This document shows positions 26,070 through 34,429 of a DNA stretch of 34,429 bases, in pieces; the stretch's first letter is position 1; every line of letters begins with the position of its first letter. The stretch comes from Akkermansiaceae bacterium (lineage in GTDB: Bacteria > Verrucomicrobiota > Verrucomicrobiia > Verrucomicrobiales > Akkermansiaceae), in assembly GCA_043779985.1 (NCBI GenBank), contig JAYWDF010000422.1:1-34429 (forward strand), in the 5' to 3' direction. The notes beneath the pieces are model-generated. The model was not told the origin of the DNA. It made no database searches and saw nothing but the letters and a program-made list of their open reading frames with translations. The translations under genes and the position numbers were made by a program.

Positions 26070-27152
26070 TCAAATCATTGCCGCGACGAGAGCTAGCAAT
26101 GCCTGTTGATCCGCAGGTCGCACCCTCGGCAGCAGGGCTGTGATGATCATGATGTCCAGGCTGATCCCGACGTATTGTTTCAAACCTTTCAATATCGATG
26201 GAAAGCCGTTGCTGTCGGAGGCCCGCCACTCATCCGGGTAATCGAGCAGTGATTGGCGGACCTCAGCCTGAAGGTCAGCCTGAGATTGCCCATCCATGGC
26301 GATGAAGCTGATGGGGTAGGAGCTGGCGAGCATGATGGCTCGTCGGTGGTTCTCCATCCGGGCGCGGCGACGGAATGCGGTGAGCATTTCAATGCGAGCG
26401 CAATGGCCCAGTTCGAGGTCGGACAACTTGTCGGCCGCGAACTTGAGTGCCTCCTTGGCTTGGTCGCGGAGATAGTCTTCGCGCTGCAAAACAGGGATCG
26501 AGTCGATTGCAAACATCACCGCGCCTTTGGGGGATTCGTCCACACAAATGGCAAGCTGTGCTTGGGTAAGGCGGGCCTTGAAACGACCTAACGCCGCGAA
26601 TGGCGATGCTGCGACGCACCGATCAAGATCGCGTCCGGCGTCCTCCATGGGGGCGAACCGATAGAAATGATCGGGTTTGTGGTCGTGCCAGTTTCGCAAT
26701 TGACGCTCAAGGATGGATTGCAGCCATGCTGGATGCTTTTGAGCGAGGAAGCGAATCAACGCTTCGTCCCTGGATTCGAATGGCTCTGAATCTCCGCCAG
26801 AATCCGGGTGAATCATCTCCGCAGACTCTACGAGCGACAGGGACCGATTCGGAAGATTGAGCGCCTCAGGCTGGAAGTCCTGGCCAATGATGAAGTAGCT
26901 CCAGCAGGGGTTCTCTGAATCCAGAGATTGTTGTTTAAGGGCGATGAAGTCATTCCGGCGGATGCGAATTGTGAGCGCGCAGGTTTTTCCTTTTTCAAAG
27001 CCGATTACGTGACCTGTGTCCATGGACACAATCTGCCATGGGCAGGGGAGATAACGGTGGATTTCAGGCGGGGTGGAAGGATCTAACGAACTGATTGACT
27101 CAAATGCAATTCGAGCGATGGTACGGGTAGTTTTTCGGATGGAGTATTTCAA
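26070..27152 (-). CDS. Hypothetical protein, 360 aa (paralog B, TTG start)
   Basis: N-terminus MKY...ARIAFES matches paralog A in register. Confidence 0.8.
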   Translation of the reverse strand: MKYSIRKTTRTIARIAFESISSLDPSTPPEIHRYLPCPWQIVSMDTGHVIGFEKGKTCALTIRIRRNDFIALKQQSLDSENPCWSYFIIGQDFQPEALNLPNRSLSLVESAEMIHPDSGGDSEPFESRDEALIRFLAQKHPAWLQSILERQLRNWHDHKPDHFYRFAPMEDAGRDLDRCVAASPFAALGRFKARLTQAQLAICVDESPKGAVMFAIDSIPVLQREDYLRDQAKEALKFAADKLSDLELGHCARIEMLTAFRRRARMENHRRAIMLASSYPISFIAMDGQSQADLQAEVRQSLLDYPDEWRASDSNGFPSILKGLKQYVGISLDIMIITALLPRVRPADQQALLALVAAMI

Positions 27153-27334
27153 TGGTGTATGGATGGGGTGGGGGTGTTGTTGGAAACAAGATCTTGTCTG
27201 GTGAGTATCTTGAATCTTGGAGATGGGATGGGTTTTCGGGGAAGTAGGGGCGAAAGCGCCGCTTCCTGGGACCCGTGGAGATATGGGGCTGGCGCCTTGA
27301 TGCAGAGGCTTCTGGATGAGGAATCCCGTCAGGC

Positions 27335-27646
27335 TTAGGCAGACGGGAATCCGGGTTCTCCCAAAATGAAAAAGACGGTGAACGAGCGATCCGCCTCGGT
27401 CATGATCGTGATGGTCCTGATGTCTCCGTCAGGGCCCGTGACTTGGTATTGCGAAAGGATAGCTTCTCCATTTACTATCGCCTGTTCGTTAGCCTTCAGA
27501 TCCTCCGGGGAGAGGTCCTCACCCCAGCAACCAGCGAAATGGCGGTGGAGCAGTTGCTTGATGATTTCGATTTCGATTTCGTTTACTGCCGGCGAAAAGA
27601 GGATCTCGCCGGAACTAAAAAGTGGAGGTAGTGGATAGTATCCCAT
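27335..27646 (-). CDS. Small plasmid/ICE-associated protein (RH..G.WG...ED...N...TEADRS family)
   Basis: F..G....SP, LL.RH..G.WG.DL..ED..AN..A...G...LS.Y and I.TEADRS.T. I recall this pattern from conjugative-element proteins of unknown function. Confidence 0.75.
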   Translation of the reverse strand: MGYYPLPPLFSSGEILFSPAVNEIEIEIIKQLLHRHFAGCWGEDLSPEDLKANEQAIVNGEAILSQYQVTGPDGDIRTITIMTEADRSFTVFFILGEPGFPSA

Positions 27647-27861
27647 GGGTGTGGTGGTGTTGTTGTTGGAGTCGGGCAGCGGAGCCTTGCTTTCAAATCG
27701 CGAGGTGTCGCCGCGGCCCGGCGCTGGTGGGTTGGTAAGCGGAGGCTTTCAGGAAACTTTGGGGGATGAGGATGGCGACCGGCGCGGTCGGTTTCACGCG
27801 AATGACGCTGAGGGATTTCAACCTTGACCGAGTGAGACCTGTCTCGATGCTCTGCCCAGGC

Positions 27862-28209
27862 ATGCAGGCGCTTACACTGGGTGAGAAGATTCGAGATCTC
27901 CGGGAAGCCAAACGGCTCTCAGTCCGGGAACTAGGCCGGAGGGCAGATGTGTCACCGTCATTCCTCTCCGGGATTGAAGGGGGCAGCCGTTACCCTTCGG
28001 TACAGGCTCTGGAGCGTCTTGCCGAGGAGTTAGGGGTGTCATCGACGGACTTGAGGAAGCTCGACAATCGGTCTTCCCTCACGAAACTTCGGCTTATTCT
28101 TGAATCAGAACCTTCGTGGGGCCTTGCTTTCAAGGAGCTTGCCGCTGCCGCCGAGACCGGAAAGGTTGCTCCAGAAGATCTGTTAAAGTGGCTCGAATCC
28201 GGGAAGTAA
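27862..28209 (+). CDS. XRE/Cro-CI family HTH transcriptional regulator
   Basis: LGEKIRDLREAK.LS.RELG....VSPSFLS.IE.G.R.PS...L..LA..LGV. Divergent from the minus-strand cluster. Confidence 0.88.
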   Translation: MQALTLGEKIRDLREAKRLSVRELGRRADVSPSFLSGIEGGSRYPSVQALERLAEELGVSSTDLRKLDNRSSLTKLRLILESEPSWGLAFKELAAAAETGKVAPEDLLKWLESGK

Positions 28210-28480
28210 TCCGGGCATTGGGGCAGAGCGGCAAAAGAACTTCAATCGGGCAGTTGGAGCCGGGGTGGATCCAAACCCCAGGCACAATTCTGGAGGGTGT
28301 ATCCAGTGTTGCGGATACCAGAATTTAGGGTAACGCCATTTCGGCTTGACTGTACGCAATAACCTGAGAACGCTGGCGGCAGACGGGAGTTAATGATCAT
28401 GTGCTGGCATACCAGTTCACAGATTCAACGACGGACCTGCCAGGGGCAAAATCCAAAGAACAAGAACCAGCCAAACGAAT

Positions 28481-28870
28481 ATGAAACCACGAATTCAGGT
28501 CGCCGGAAGGCGTCCGAAAAAGCCAGCCGCAAAGCGGTCCATCCACAAATCCTTACCGCGCATTGTCTATGTGATAGAACTCGATGCGGCAATGGCATGC
28601 CTTCCAAAGGTCGCCAAGGAAAACCCCCGGTACGTCATTGGAATGCCATGCTTTTATGTCGGATCAACGACACAGACCGCGGAGGAACGTTTCCTGGAGC
28701 ACATCAGTGGGCATAAGAATGCTTCCGAAATTGCGCATCGCTACGGACGAACCCTCCGGATGGATTTGATGCCGCCGCAGAAGCCTATCCGCCGCGAATG
28801 GGCCCTGAATAAGGAGCGCCGTCGCGCCAGGGAACTGCGGGCACAAGGTTGCGCTGTCTGGCAAAAGTGA
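28481..28870 (+). CDS. GIY-YIG-like nuclease
   Basis: VYVIEL...FYVG.T....EERF.EH..G and a later A...E...A..LR..G. Confidence 0.72.
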   Translation: MKPRIQVAGRRPKKPAAKRSIHKSLPRIVYVIELDAAMACLPKVAKENPRYVIGMPCFYVGSTTQTAEERFLEHISGHKNASEIAHRYGRTLRMDLMPPQKPIRREWALNKERRRARELRAQGCAVWQK

Positions 28871-28975
28871 AGGCGGAATGATCGCGAACGTCTCGTTTGT
28901 TTTCCTGAAGTCTACCAGTTAGCAAGCGAGGCGTTCCGAATCGTGTTCGTGTAGTTTCGGCTCGGCCAGGAAATC

Positions 28976-29266
28976 CTATGCCGCGTCGTTGGTCGGATTT
29001 TGTTCAAACGGGCTTCCCGGACCTTCCAGCCAAACGTCGCAGCAGTTGCCGATGCGTTGGATGCCAAAGATCCGGTTTCGTGTTTGTTGGGGTTCGGCCG
29101 CAGTCTTGAAATTTACGCATACATGGTTTCCAACAATGGTTCGATGGGGAATAATTTTTTGGATTGCAATATCTCCTCCATAAATGGACGAGAGGATGGT
29201 CGTAACTTGTAGTTCGAGGCTTTGGAGGGTTGTGAACCCCAGTGTCAGTTTCTTGGATTTCTTCAT
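28976..29266 (-). CDS. Hypothetical protein (96 aa)
   Basis: ATG ORF co-oriented with and downstream of the AAA+ gene. No motif recognised. Confidence 0.45.
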   Translation of the reverse strand: MKKSKKLTLGFTTLQSLELQVTTILSSIYGGDIAIQKIIPHRTIVGNHVCVNFKTAAEPQQTRNRIFGIQRIGNCCDVWLEGPGSPFEQNPTNDAA

Positions 29267-29354
29267 ATCGGGAACCCAAGAGGCCTGGAACAGACACGCA
29301 CGGAAACGGAGGGGATGGAGGCCAAGGAAAGTTTTCGCGGCATGCGATCATCCA

Positions 29355-30278
29355 TCAAATCTCCGGTTGATGGAGTGCTACCTGAGTTGGTTCGTCCCGG
29401 TCGTGAGTGTCGAGCAAGGCGGATAGCATCAATTCCTCGAAAACTCTCATTCCCAGGCCACCGGCCACGGCTTCCTCAATCGCTGGTCCGGCGAGGCGGT
29501 TCCAAGCGTTTTGGAGCCGCTTGTCACTGATCCGGTTCGCGATTTGCGCTGAGACCTTGACATAGTCGGAGTATGCCAATGGAGGGAGCCACCCGACTTC
29601 ATTGCGAAACCGCTGCCGCAGTTCCGGTTCGATTGATTCGAGAATTTGCGCACGGCTTGGCGGTTCCAAGGCCGCCGTTGCGGATCCAAAACCAATCTGC
29701 CGTGAGTTGGATCGCCATGCGTGTTGCCAAGCGCCACACGCCAAGATGAAAACGCGTTCCCGCAGGCGTTTCGCAAGCACCTCGCGTTGGATCGAATCCG
29801 GTGGTTCGTTTGGCGGATCGTCTCCCCAAAGATTATCCGAGGAAGGGCTGGGTAAGCGGGCGGCGAGCGGGATGATTCCGTCTGCTAGATCGTGGACCTC
29901 CAGCCGAATATAGGTGATCCAGTCACTCTTGCGATCGAGAGCGCATATCTCATCGAGGACAATAATTCCTCCCCTGTCTTGAAGTGAGTCTAACCATTGG
30001 CAAATCAACGAGAATGTCCATGGTTCGTTCTTTGCGGAAAGGACCACCCACGAAGATACGTTGATTATGAGGATCGGTATGCTTAGCAGCTCTCCCAGCG
30101 ACTTTGCCATATAGCTTTTCCCGCCTCCGCTGGGTCCTATGATTAGTGAATGCGTTCTCACTTGGACCGGTAGATCCTGGCGACAACCCGAAGTTGCGAT
30201 TCGGGCCACCGGCAGGAGGCCGGTGAGGAGGGCTTGCTGTTGCGGCGACAGGATATTGGAATTTCGATTTGTTTTCAT
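29355..30278 (-). CDS. AAA+ ATPase (ClpX/HslU-like fold)
   Basis: Walker A GPSGGGKS, Walker B IIVLDE, sensor strand ILACGAW, PELRQRF (Arg-finger-like). ATG 30278 preferred over the track start at 30323. Confidence 0.8.
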   Translation of the reverse strand: MKTNRNSNILSPQQQALLTGLLPVARIATSGCRQDLPVQVRTHSLIIGPSGGGKSYMAKSLGELLSIPILIINVSSWVVLSAKNEPWTFSLICQWLDSLQDRGGIIVLDEICALDRKSDWITYIRLEVHDLADGIIPLAARLPSPSSDNLWGDDPPNEPPDSIQREVLAKRLRERVFILACGAWQHAWRSNSRQIGFGSATAALEPPSRAQILESIEPELRQRFRNEVGWLPPLAYSDYVKVSAQIANRISDKRLQNAWNRLAGPAIEEAVAGGLGMRVFEELMLSALLDTHDRDEPTQVALHQPEI

Positions 30279-30517
30279 CTTCCAGAAAGACAGTCCCGGG
30301 AAGAGACGGGCGCGACAGCGCACGACTCGGTGGGGACATCGAAACGAGAACCGCTTGCCGCGTGTCCTTTAGCAAATGAATGTTACTTAGATCGAGACCT
30401 GTGGGGAGAAGGTGGACAGGATACGCCCGAACATCGGATGAGGGGAGTGTCGTCGTTACGGCAGTCTACTGAGGTCACGGATCAATCCATCCGCACGGCT
30501 GCTAGGTCGACAAAGGC

Positions 30518-30712
30518 CTAGGATTCGTCGCTCCTACCGGTGAGACCGCCGACAGGCTGATTCCTGATGCTGCGGAGTGCTTCAAGTTCGACGTCATACT
30601 GCACGCATTCGAACTCGCGAAACTGCCCCGTAAGCGCCTTGACGATCGTGGACTTGCCGACATTGTAGCCCTTGACGGTTTCAGCTTGCGTTTCGATCAT
30701 GCAATTCTCCAA
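30518..30712 (-). pseudogene. Possible relic of a P-loop ATPase N-terminus
   Basis: GYNVGKSTIVKAL resembles the G.N..GKST++.AL of ABC/OLD-type ATPases, but the ORF is only 64 aa. Confidence 0.25.
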
Positions 30713-30864
30713 TGGTGAATGGTGAGGTTAACCGCAGAACGTGACATAGGGGAGGGGAGTCCAACCTGCTTCAAGGTTTTTGATCTGGTGGTTGAACCGG
30801 GAGGGAATGTCTTTATAACGCGGCTGTGAAACGGAAACGAAGAATGGTGCAGCGACATCCTGAA

Positions 30865-32403
30865 ATGGAAAAGGAACTGAAGCGCCTAATGGCTACCAAC
30901 ATTGCTGGCTTGGAAGAGGACTTTGCGCTGGATTCGTTGGCCAAACTTGTCGATCTTGCCCTCGACTTGAGAGACCCTTCGGCGACGTCCCTTGCCATGG
31001 GGTGGGGAGGAGCGATCGAAGCGAAGGTGAGTGACAAAGGGGCTCCGTTTTTGGACTATTGCATGGCGAACGCGTGGGCAAATCGATACCAGGAACTGAG
31101 TCAGCTTAAAGTTTGGAGTTGGGAGCAACCGGAGTACCAGAAGCAACTATTCTATCTGAAGCGCTCGATAGGCCGAAAAGAGTTTGAGAGCTTGGATCTT
31201 GTTCGGCGCTGCCAGATCATGACAAATCTAGCAAACTGCCTAAGCACCATTGGGCGATTCGTGGAGGCCCAGGAATATTGGAACAAGGCTTTAGAAATCA
31301 TTCCCGACTTCGGAGTTGCCCGCGGCAATCGGGGAAGTGGAGCGACTTCTTATCTGAGGGCTTTGTATAATCCCGGTCATCAAGCGATTTTTGCGCTCTT
31401 TGGATACGCTGAACTGCATGCGGCGACACAACCATCCGCGACATACAATGATGCGAGCGCTTCAGCCGCAAGGTCCCACTACCAAGAGAAACTGTTTGAG
31501 CTTGGAGCGGCGTTTACCGGCCTCGATGCCAAGGGATTCAAATCAAAAACTCAGCGTGATTACAGCCTCGGGGATACGCCTGAGGAGACGGAATACCGCA
31601 CTTGGTGTTTACGAAATCGACTATTCCTGAATCCCCTTAATGACGTGTGTGGCCATTCTATTGGGGCCCGCGACGTTCTTTCGACTCCTTCAATCACCTG
31701 TGCAAGCAAGAACATAGGGCCTCCTGCGGTGATTGGTTTTTTCAACCAGATGAAACAGGAGTATATCTCTGCACGCTGGCAATTTTATTTGGGAGTCAAT
31801 GACCCAAAGCCACATTTCTCGGATACTGATGTTTTCATTCCAAACACGTTGGATTACGCCTCCTTCGGGCTCCCGACAGAGATGGTGAAATCTGCGTTTC
31901 GTAGTGCCTATTCGATTTTCGACAAAATTGGCTATTTCATGAATCAGTATTTCAATCTTGGTGTCGAAGATAAGAAGGTCTCGTTTCGAGGTATTTGGTA
32001 CGTTCCCAAAAAGAAAGAGATTCGCAATGATCTTGAGGATCTGAAGAATTGGCCGCTCCGTGGATTGTTTTGGCTTTCAAAGGATTTTTTCGATGAGACG
32101 CAGGATGCGACCGATCCAGATGCCAAAGCCTTGTAAGTGATAAGGAATCACCTGGAACACAAATTCCTTCGGGTTCACGAGTTCGAAAGCGGTGACTTCA
32201 ATGTTAGGAACTCGCAGGAGGGTTTGGGCTTTTCGATAGCGCGTGAAGAGTTCGAACGACTTACACTCCATCTTTTGAAGCTTTGCCGCGCTGCTCTTAT
32301 CTACCTCTCCTTGGCGATGGAAAATGAGGAGCGTCGAAGAAAGCCTGATGGGCTCGTCTTTTCAATTCCTCTCCCACTGATGGAGGATGAGTGGAAGTAT
32401 TAA
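30865..32403 (+). pseudogene. TPR plus LA2681-like HEPN domain protein interrupted by an in-frame TAA (32134-32136)
   Basis: TPR-like NLANCL...GRF.EA..YW.KAL...P; YR.WCL..RLFLNPLND; FNQMKQEY.SAR; HFSD; YSIFDKI; PLRGLFWLSKD. The frame continues past the stop as KAL*VIRNHLEHK (HEPN R-x4-H). Lower GC than the metal island. Confidence 0.8.
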
Positions 32404-33458
32404 AAATTATGGCCCGATTGATTCAGGCGTGATCGGACCAGTTCCTCGGTCAGATAGTCGCTCTCGTGAAAATGGAGCAGTCGAAGGCCATTCTCTTGGC
32501 AAAGATGCTGCTTTTTCGCATCTCGGTTCTTGAGTCCACTGAAGCTATTCGGGCTTGAGTGCATGAAAGACTTGGGAGTCGAGTGCTGATGTCCTTGATA
32601 CTCGCAGGCGATCCCGGCCGATGGAATATGAACATCAAGTTCCATTCCCCTGAGCCATTCAGGCCGAGAACGATGAGTGACGGCATCCTTTCCGAAGATC
32701 CGGCAAAGAATCAAAAACAGCATGAATTCGGCTTGAGCGAGTTTGCCTCGGTGGGGAAACCCGAATTCTTCGCGGATTTGGAGTTCAGCGAAGGCGCAAA
32801 CTGCCAGGCGTTGAATTCTCAGTTTTTCCCGCAGTAGCCGCTCTTCACTGGGAGCCAAGACTGGGCCATCCTCGTCCGGGAAGGTCCTGCCCATGGAGCA
32901 TTGAGAGAGTAGTTTTCGTGCCGCGTGTGTATCAATCGATAGGAGTGGCGAGACGTCAGTAGCAGTGAGAATCCCTGGAATAGGGTCTCCCCATCCATTG
33001 AGACCCTTCGAAAGAAGCCATTGTTGTACGTAGAACCCGAAGCGTTGTGTGAAGAAGCTGGTGTGCTTAAAACAGAGTTCGTATCCGTAGTCGATCGACG
33101 GAACGGCTTGGTTGCATCGGTGACAGAGCCCTTCTTTGAATCGTAGGTGGGGAAGAATCTCATCGGCAGAAGTAAAATGTTCAGGAGTTCCAGAGGACTG
33201 GCTGCTGGAACGATTGATTAGGCATCCGAGCGCAGTAATGCTCCATGGTGGTTTTCCGCCCAGACTAGAAATTAGACCAATCGAATAATTCTCAGCGGCG
33301 GTTCGTGAGCATTCGCAGAGAAATGTTTCGTCGTTTTCCTCAGAGGAAAACCTGACGAACGTGCTATAGAGTCCTGAGTAATGGACATACGGAAGAGGCA
33401 GCGACTCTTTGTAAGTCGAGGGCAGTTCTCGGGATTCTCTGGGGGCTATCAGCGGCAA
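32400..33458 (-). CDS. Putative Zn-binding PD-(D/E)XK (Vsr/DUF559/RAP-like) nuclease
   Basis: CECS and CHRCN; C-terminal AE..L...L, RPEWL..MELDV.IP...IACEYQG.QH, RD..K..LC..NG+.L. Start uncertain. Confidence 0.72.
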   Translation of the reverse strand: MPLIAPRESRELPSTYKESLPLPYVHYSGLYSTFVRFSSEENDETFLCECSRTAAENYSIGLISSLGGKPPWSITALGCLINRSSSQSSGTPEHFTSADEILPHLRFKEGLCHRCNQAVPSIDYGYELCFKHTSFFTQRFGFYVQQWLLSKGLNGWGDPIPGILTATDVSPLLSIDTHAARKLLSQCSMGRTFPDEDGPVLAPSEERLLREKLRIQRLAVCAFAELQIREEFGFPHRGKLAQAEFMLFLILCRIFGKDAVTHRSRPEWLRGMELDVHIPSAGIACEYQGHQHSTPKSFMHSSPNSFSGLKNRDAKKQHLCQENGLRLLHFHESDYLTEELVRSRLNQSGHNF

Positions 33459-33572
33459 AGTCGTAAGTTCTACCTATTTCCTTCATAATTGGTGAATGAG
33501 TTTTGTTCCTTGGTGGCAAAGGCCAAAATCTCTAAATCGTCGGTCTCCGTGAACCGGCGGACGTGGGTGCTA

Positions 33573-34118
33573 TCAGTTGTTGCGCATCGATTTCATAAAG
33601 AGAACAACCATCCGTTTCATAAGTGGGGCGAGCAAAGGCAGGGGCACCCCTTTTGAACCGTCATGAAGTTCTCCGCTTGGGTAGAGGATTTTCTCCTGTT
33701 CTGTCACGATTTCGATGTATTCTCGACAAAGGGGACCGTCGTCATACGGATAATGTAGGCCGGGAATATTTCGTCCGTCATAAACAGTGGTGGGGTCAGG
33801 AAGGAACAGGACAGAGGGCCCTTGATGAAGCGGCGGTGTCACGTCGACAAGCTCACCCTCCGGGCTTTTCCAAACAGAGTGAAATTCTACTTGGATTTCC
33901 CATGGGGGAATTTCCCAAATTACCCATCCAAACTGAGCGGAACCACCGTCCTGTTTGATTTTTTGGGCTACGCTCCGGTGGCATTCGCCTGCTGAACTGT
34001 AATTTTCTGGCCGGGCGGGCACTGTAAGTGGCATTGGATCCGGGAAGATTCTTCGCAAAGCTTCCCAGACTCGGGGTGAAATCTCCTTGGGTGTTTTAAT
34101 AGGGGCTGGCGGATTCAT
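33573..34118 (-). CDS. Papain/transglutaminase-like Cys-His-Asp protein
   Basis: GEC..V......GG....GW.IWE, EFHSVW..P.G.LVDVTP. Confidence 0.65.
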   Translation of the reverse strand: MNPPAPIKTPKEISPRVWEALRRIFPDPMPLTVPARPENYSSAGECHRSVAQKIKQDGGSAQFGWVIWEIPPWEIQVEFHSVWKSPEGELVDVTPPLHQGPSVLFLPDPTTVYDGRNIPGLHYPYDDGPLCREYIEIVTEQEKILYPSGELHDGSKGVPLPLLAPLMKRMVVLFMKSMRNN

Positions 34119-34156
34119 ATCTCTTACTGATAGCAAAGTAGGCTTCTTTGACGTGT

Positions 34157-34429
34157 TCAGCGGTTCTGGCGGATTTCTCCCAGAGCGGTGACGAGTTCGT
34201 TGAAAAGGTTTGTGTCGCGATAATTTTGATTCATAGCGATAACCAGCTGTTCAGTGCCCCCGACGGCCAGGATATTAAATGATTCAGGAAGCGGCATGTG
34301 GCTCAGTTTTACGTCGAAGATTATGTCCGGAAGCAGAACTGTTCGGCATGATGTTTGCTGAAAATTCGTTAGAGACATAAAAAAGCCCGTGATTTGGTTG
34401 AGGGCGGCCATGGCAGACGGGTTTGTCAC
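34157..34429 (-). CDS. 3' end of a hypothetical protein running off the window
   Basis: Open frame from the window edge to the TGA at 34157. No motif recognised. Confidence 0.5.
   Translation of the reverse strand: MTNPSAMAALNQITGFFMSLTNFQQTSCRTVLLPDIIFDVKLSHMPLPESFNILAVGGTEQLVIAMNQNYRDTNLFNELVTALGEIRQNR

Noticed and set aside
1-34429. CRISPR array, tRNA/rRNA, transposase or integrase
   Set aside because: No regularly spaced repeats, cloverleaf, rRNA-like sequence or recombinase motifs seen.

Overview
Bacterial DNA, probably Verrucomicrobia-like (inferred from A/C-rich translation starts without Shine-Dalgarno sequences and from the protein types). It has two parts. (1) 1-22.7 kb is a metal-homeostasis island: msrPQ; an FTR1-type iron permease behind a Fur-type box; a Czc-type (divalent) RND efflux operon; a Cus-type (Cu+/Ag+) RND operon; several small Cys/Met/His-rich exported proteins; an ECF sigma factor with a separately encoded anti-sigma and periplasmic sensor pair; and mntH-usp behind an MntR/DtxR-type box. 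(2) 22.7-34.4 kb is an accessory, mobile-element-like region: a degenerate ParA-like protein; two diverged 360-aa paralogs separated by a hairpin-dense spacer; a plasmid/ICE-type small protein; an XRE regulator; a GIY-YIG protein; an AAA+ ATPase; a TPR-HEPN gene broken by one in-frame stop; a PD-(D/E)XK-like nuclease; and a Cys-His-Asp protein. Best candidates for new biology: a four-copy promoter motif (AGGGTTT-N10-CGG-N6-AC) that outlines a putative copper ECF/anti-sigma/sensor regulon; Cys-rich leader ORFs heading both RND operons; an uncalled 56-aa MPGM/EH peptide after cusA; and a Czc adaptor lacking its lipoyl and hairpin domains. All family assignments come from motifs recognised by eye; no searches were run.
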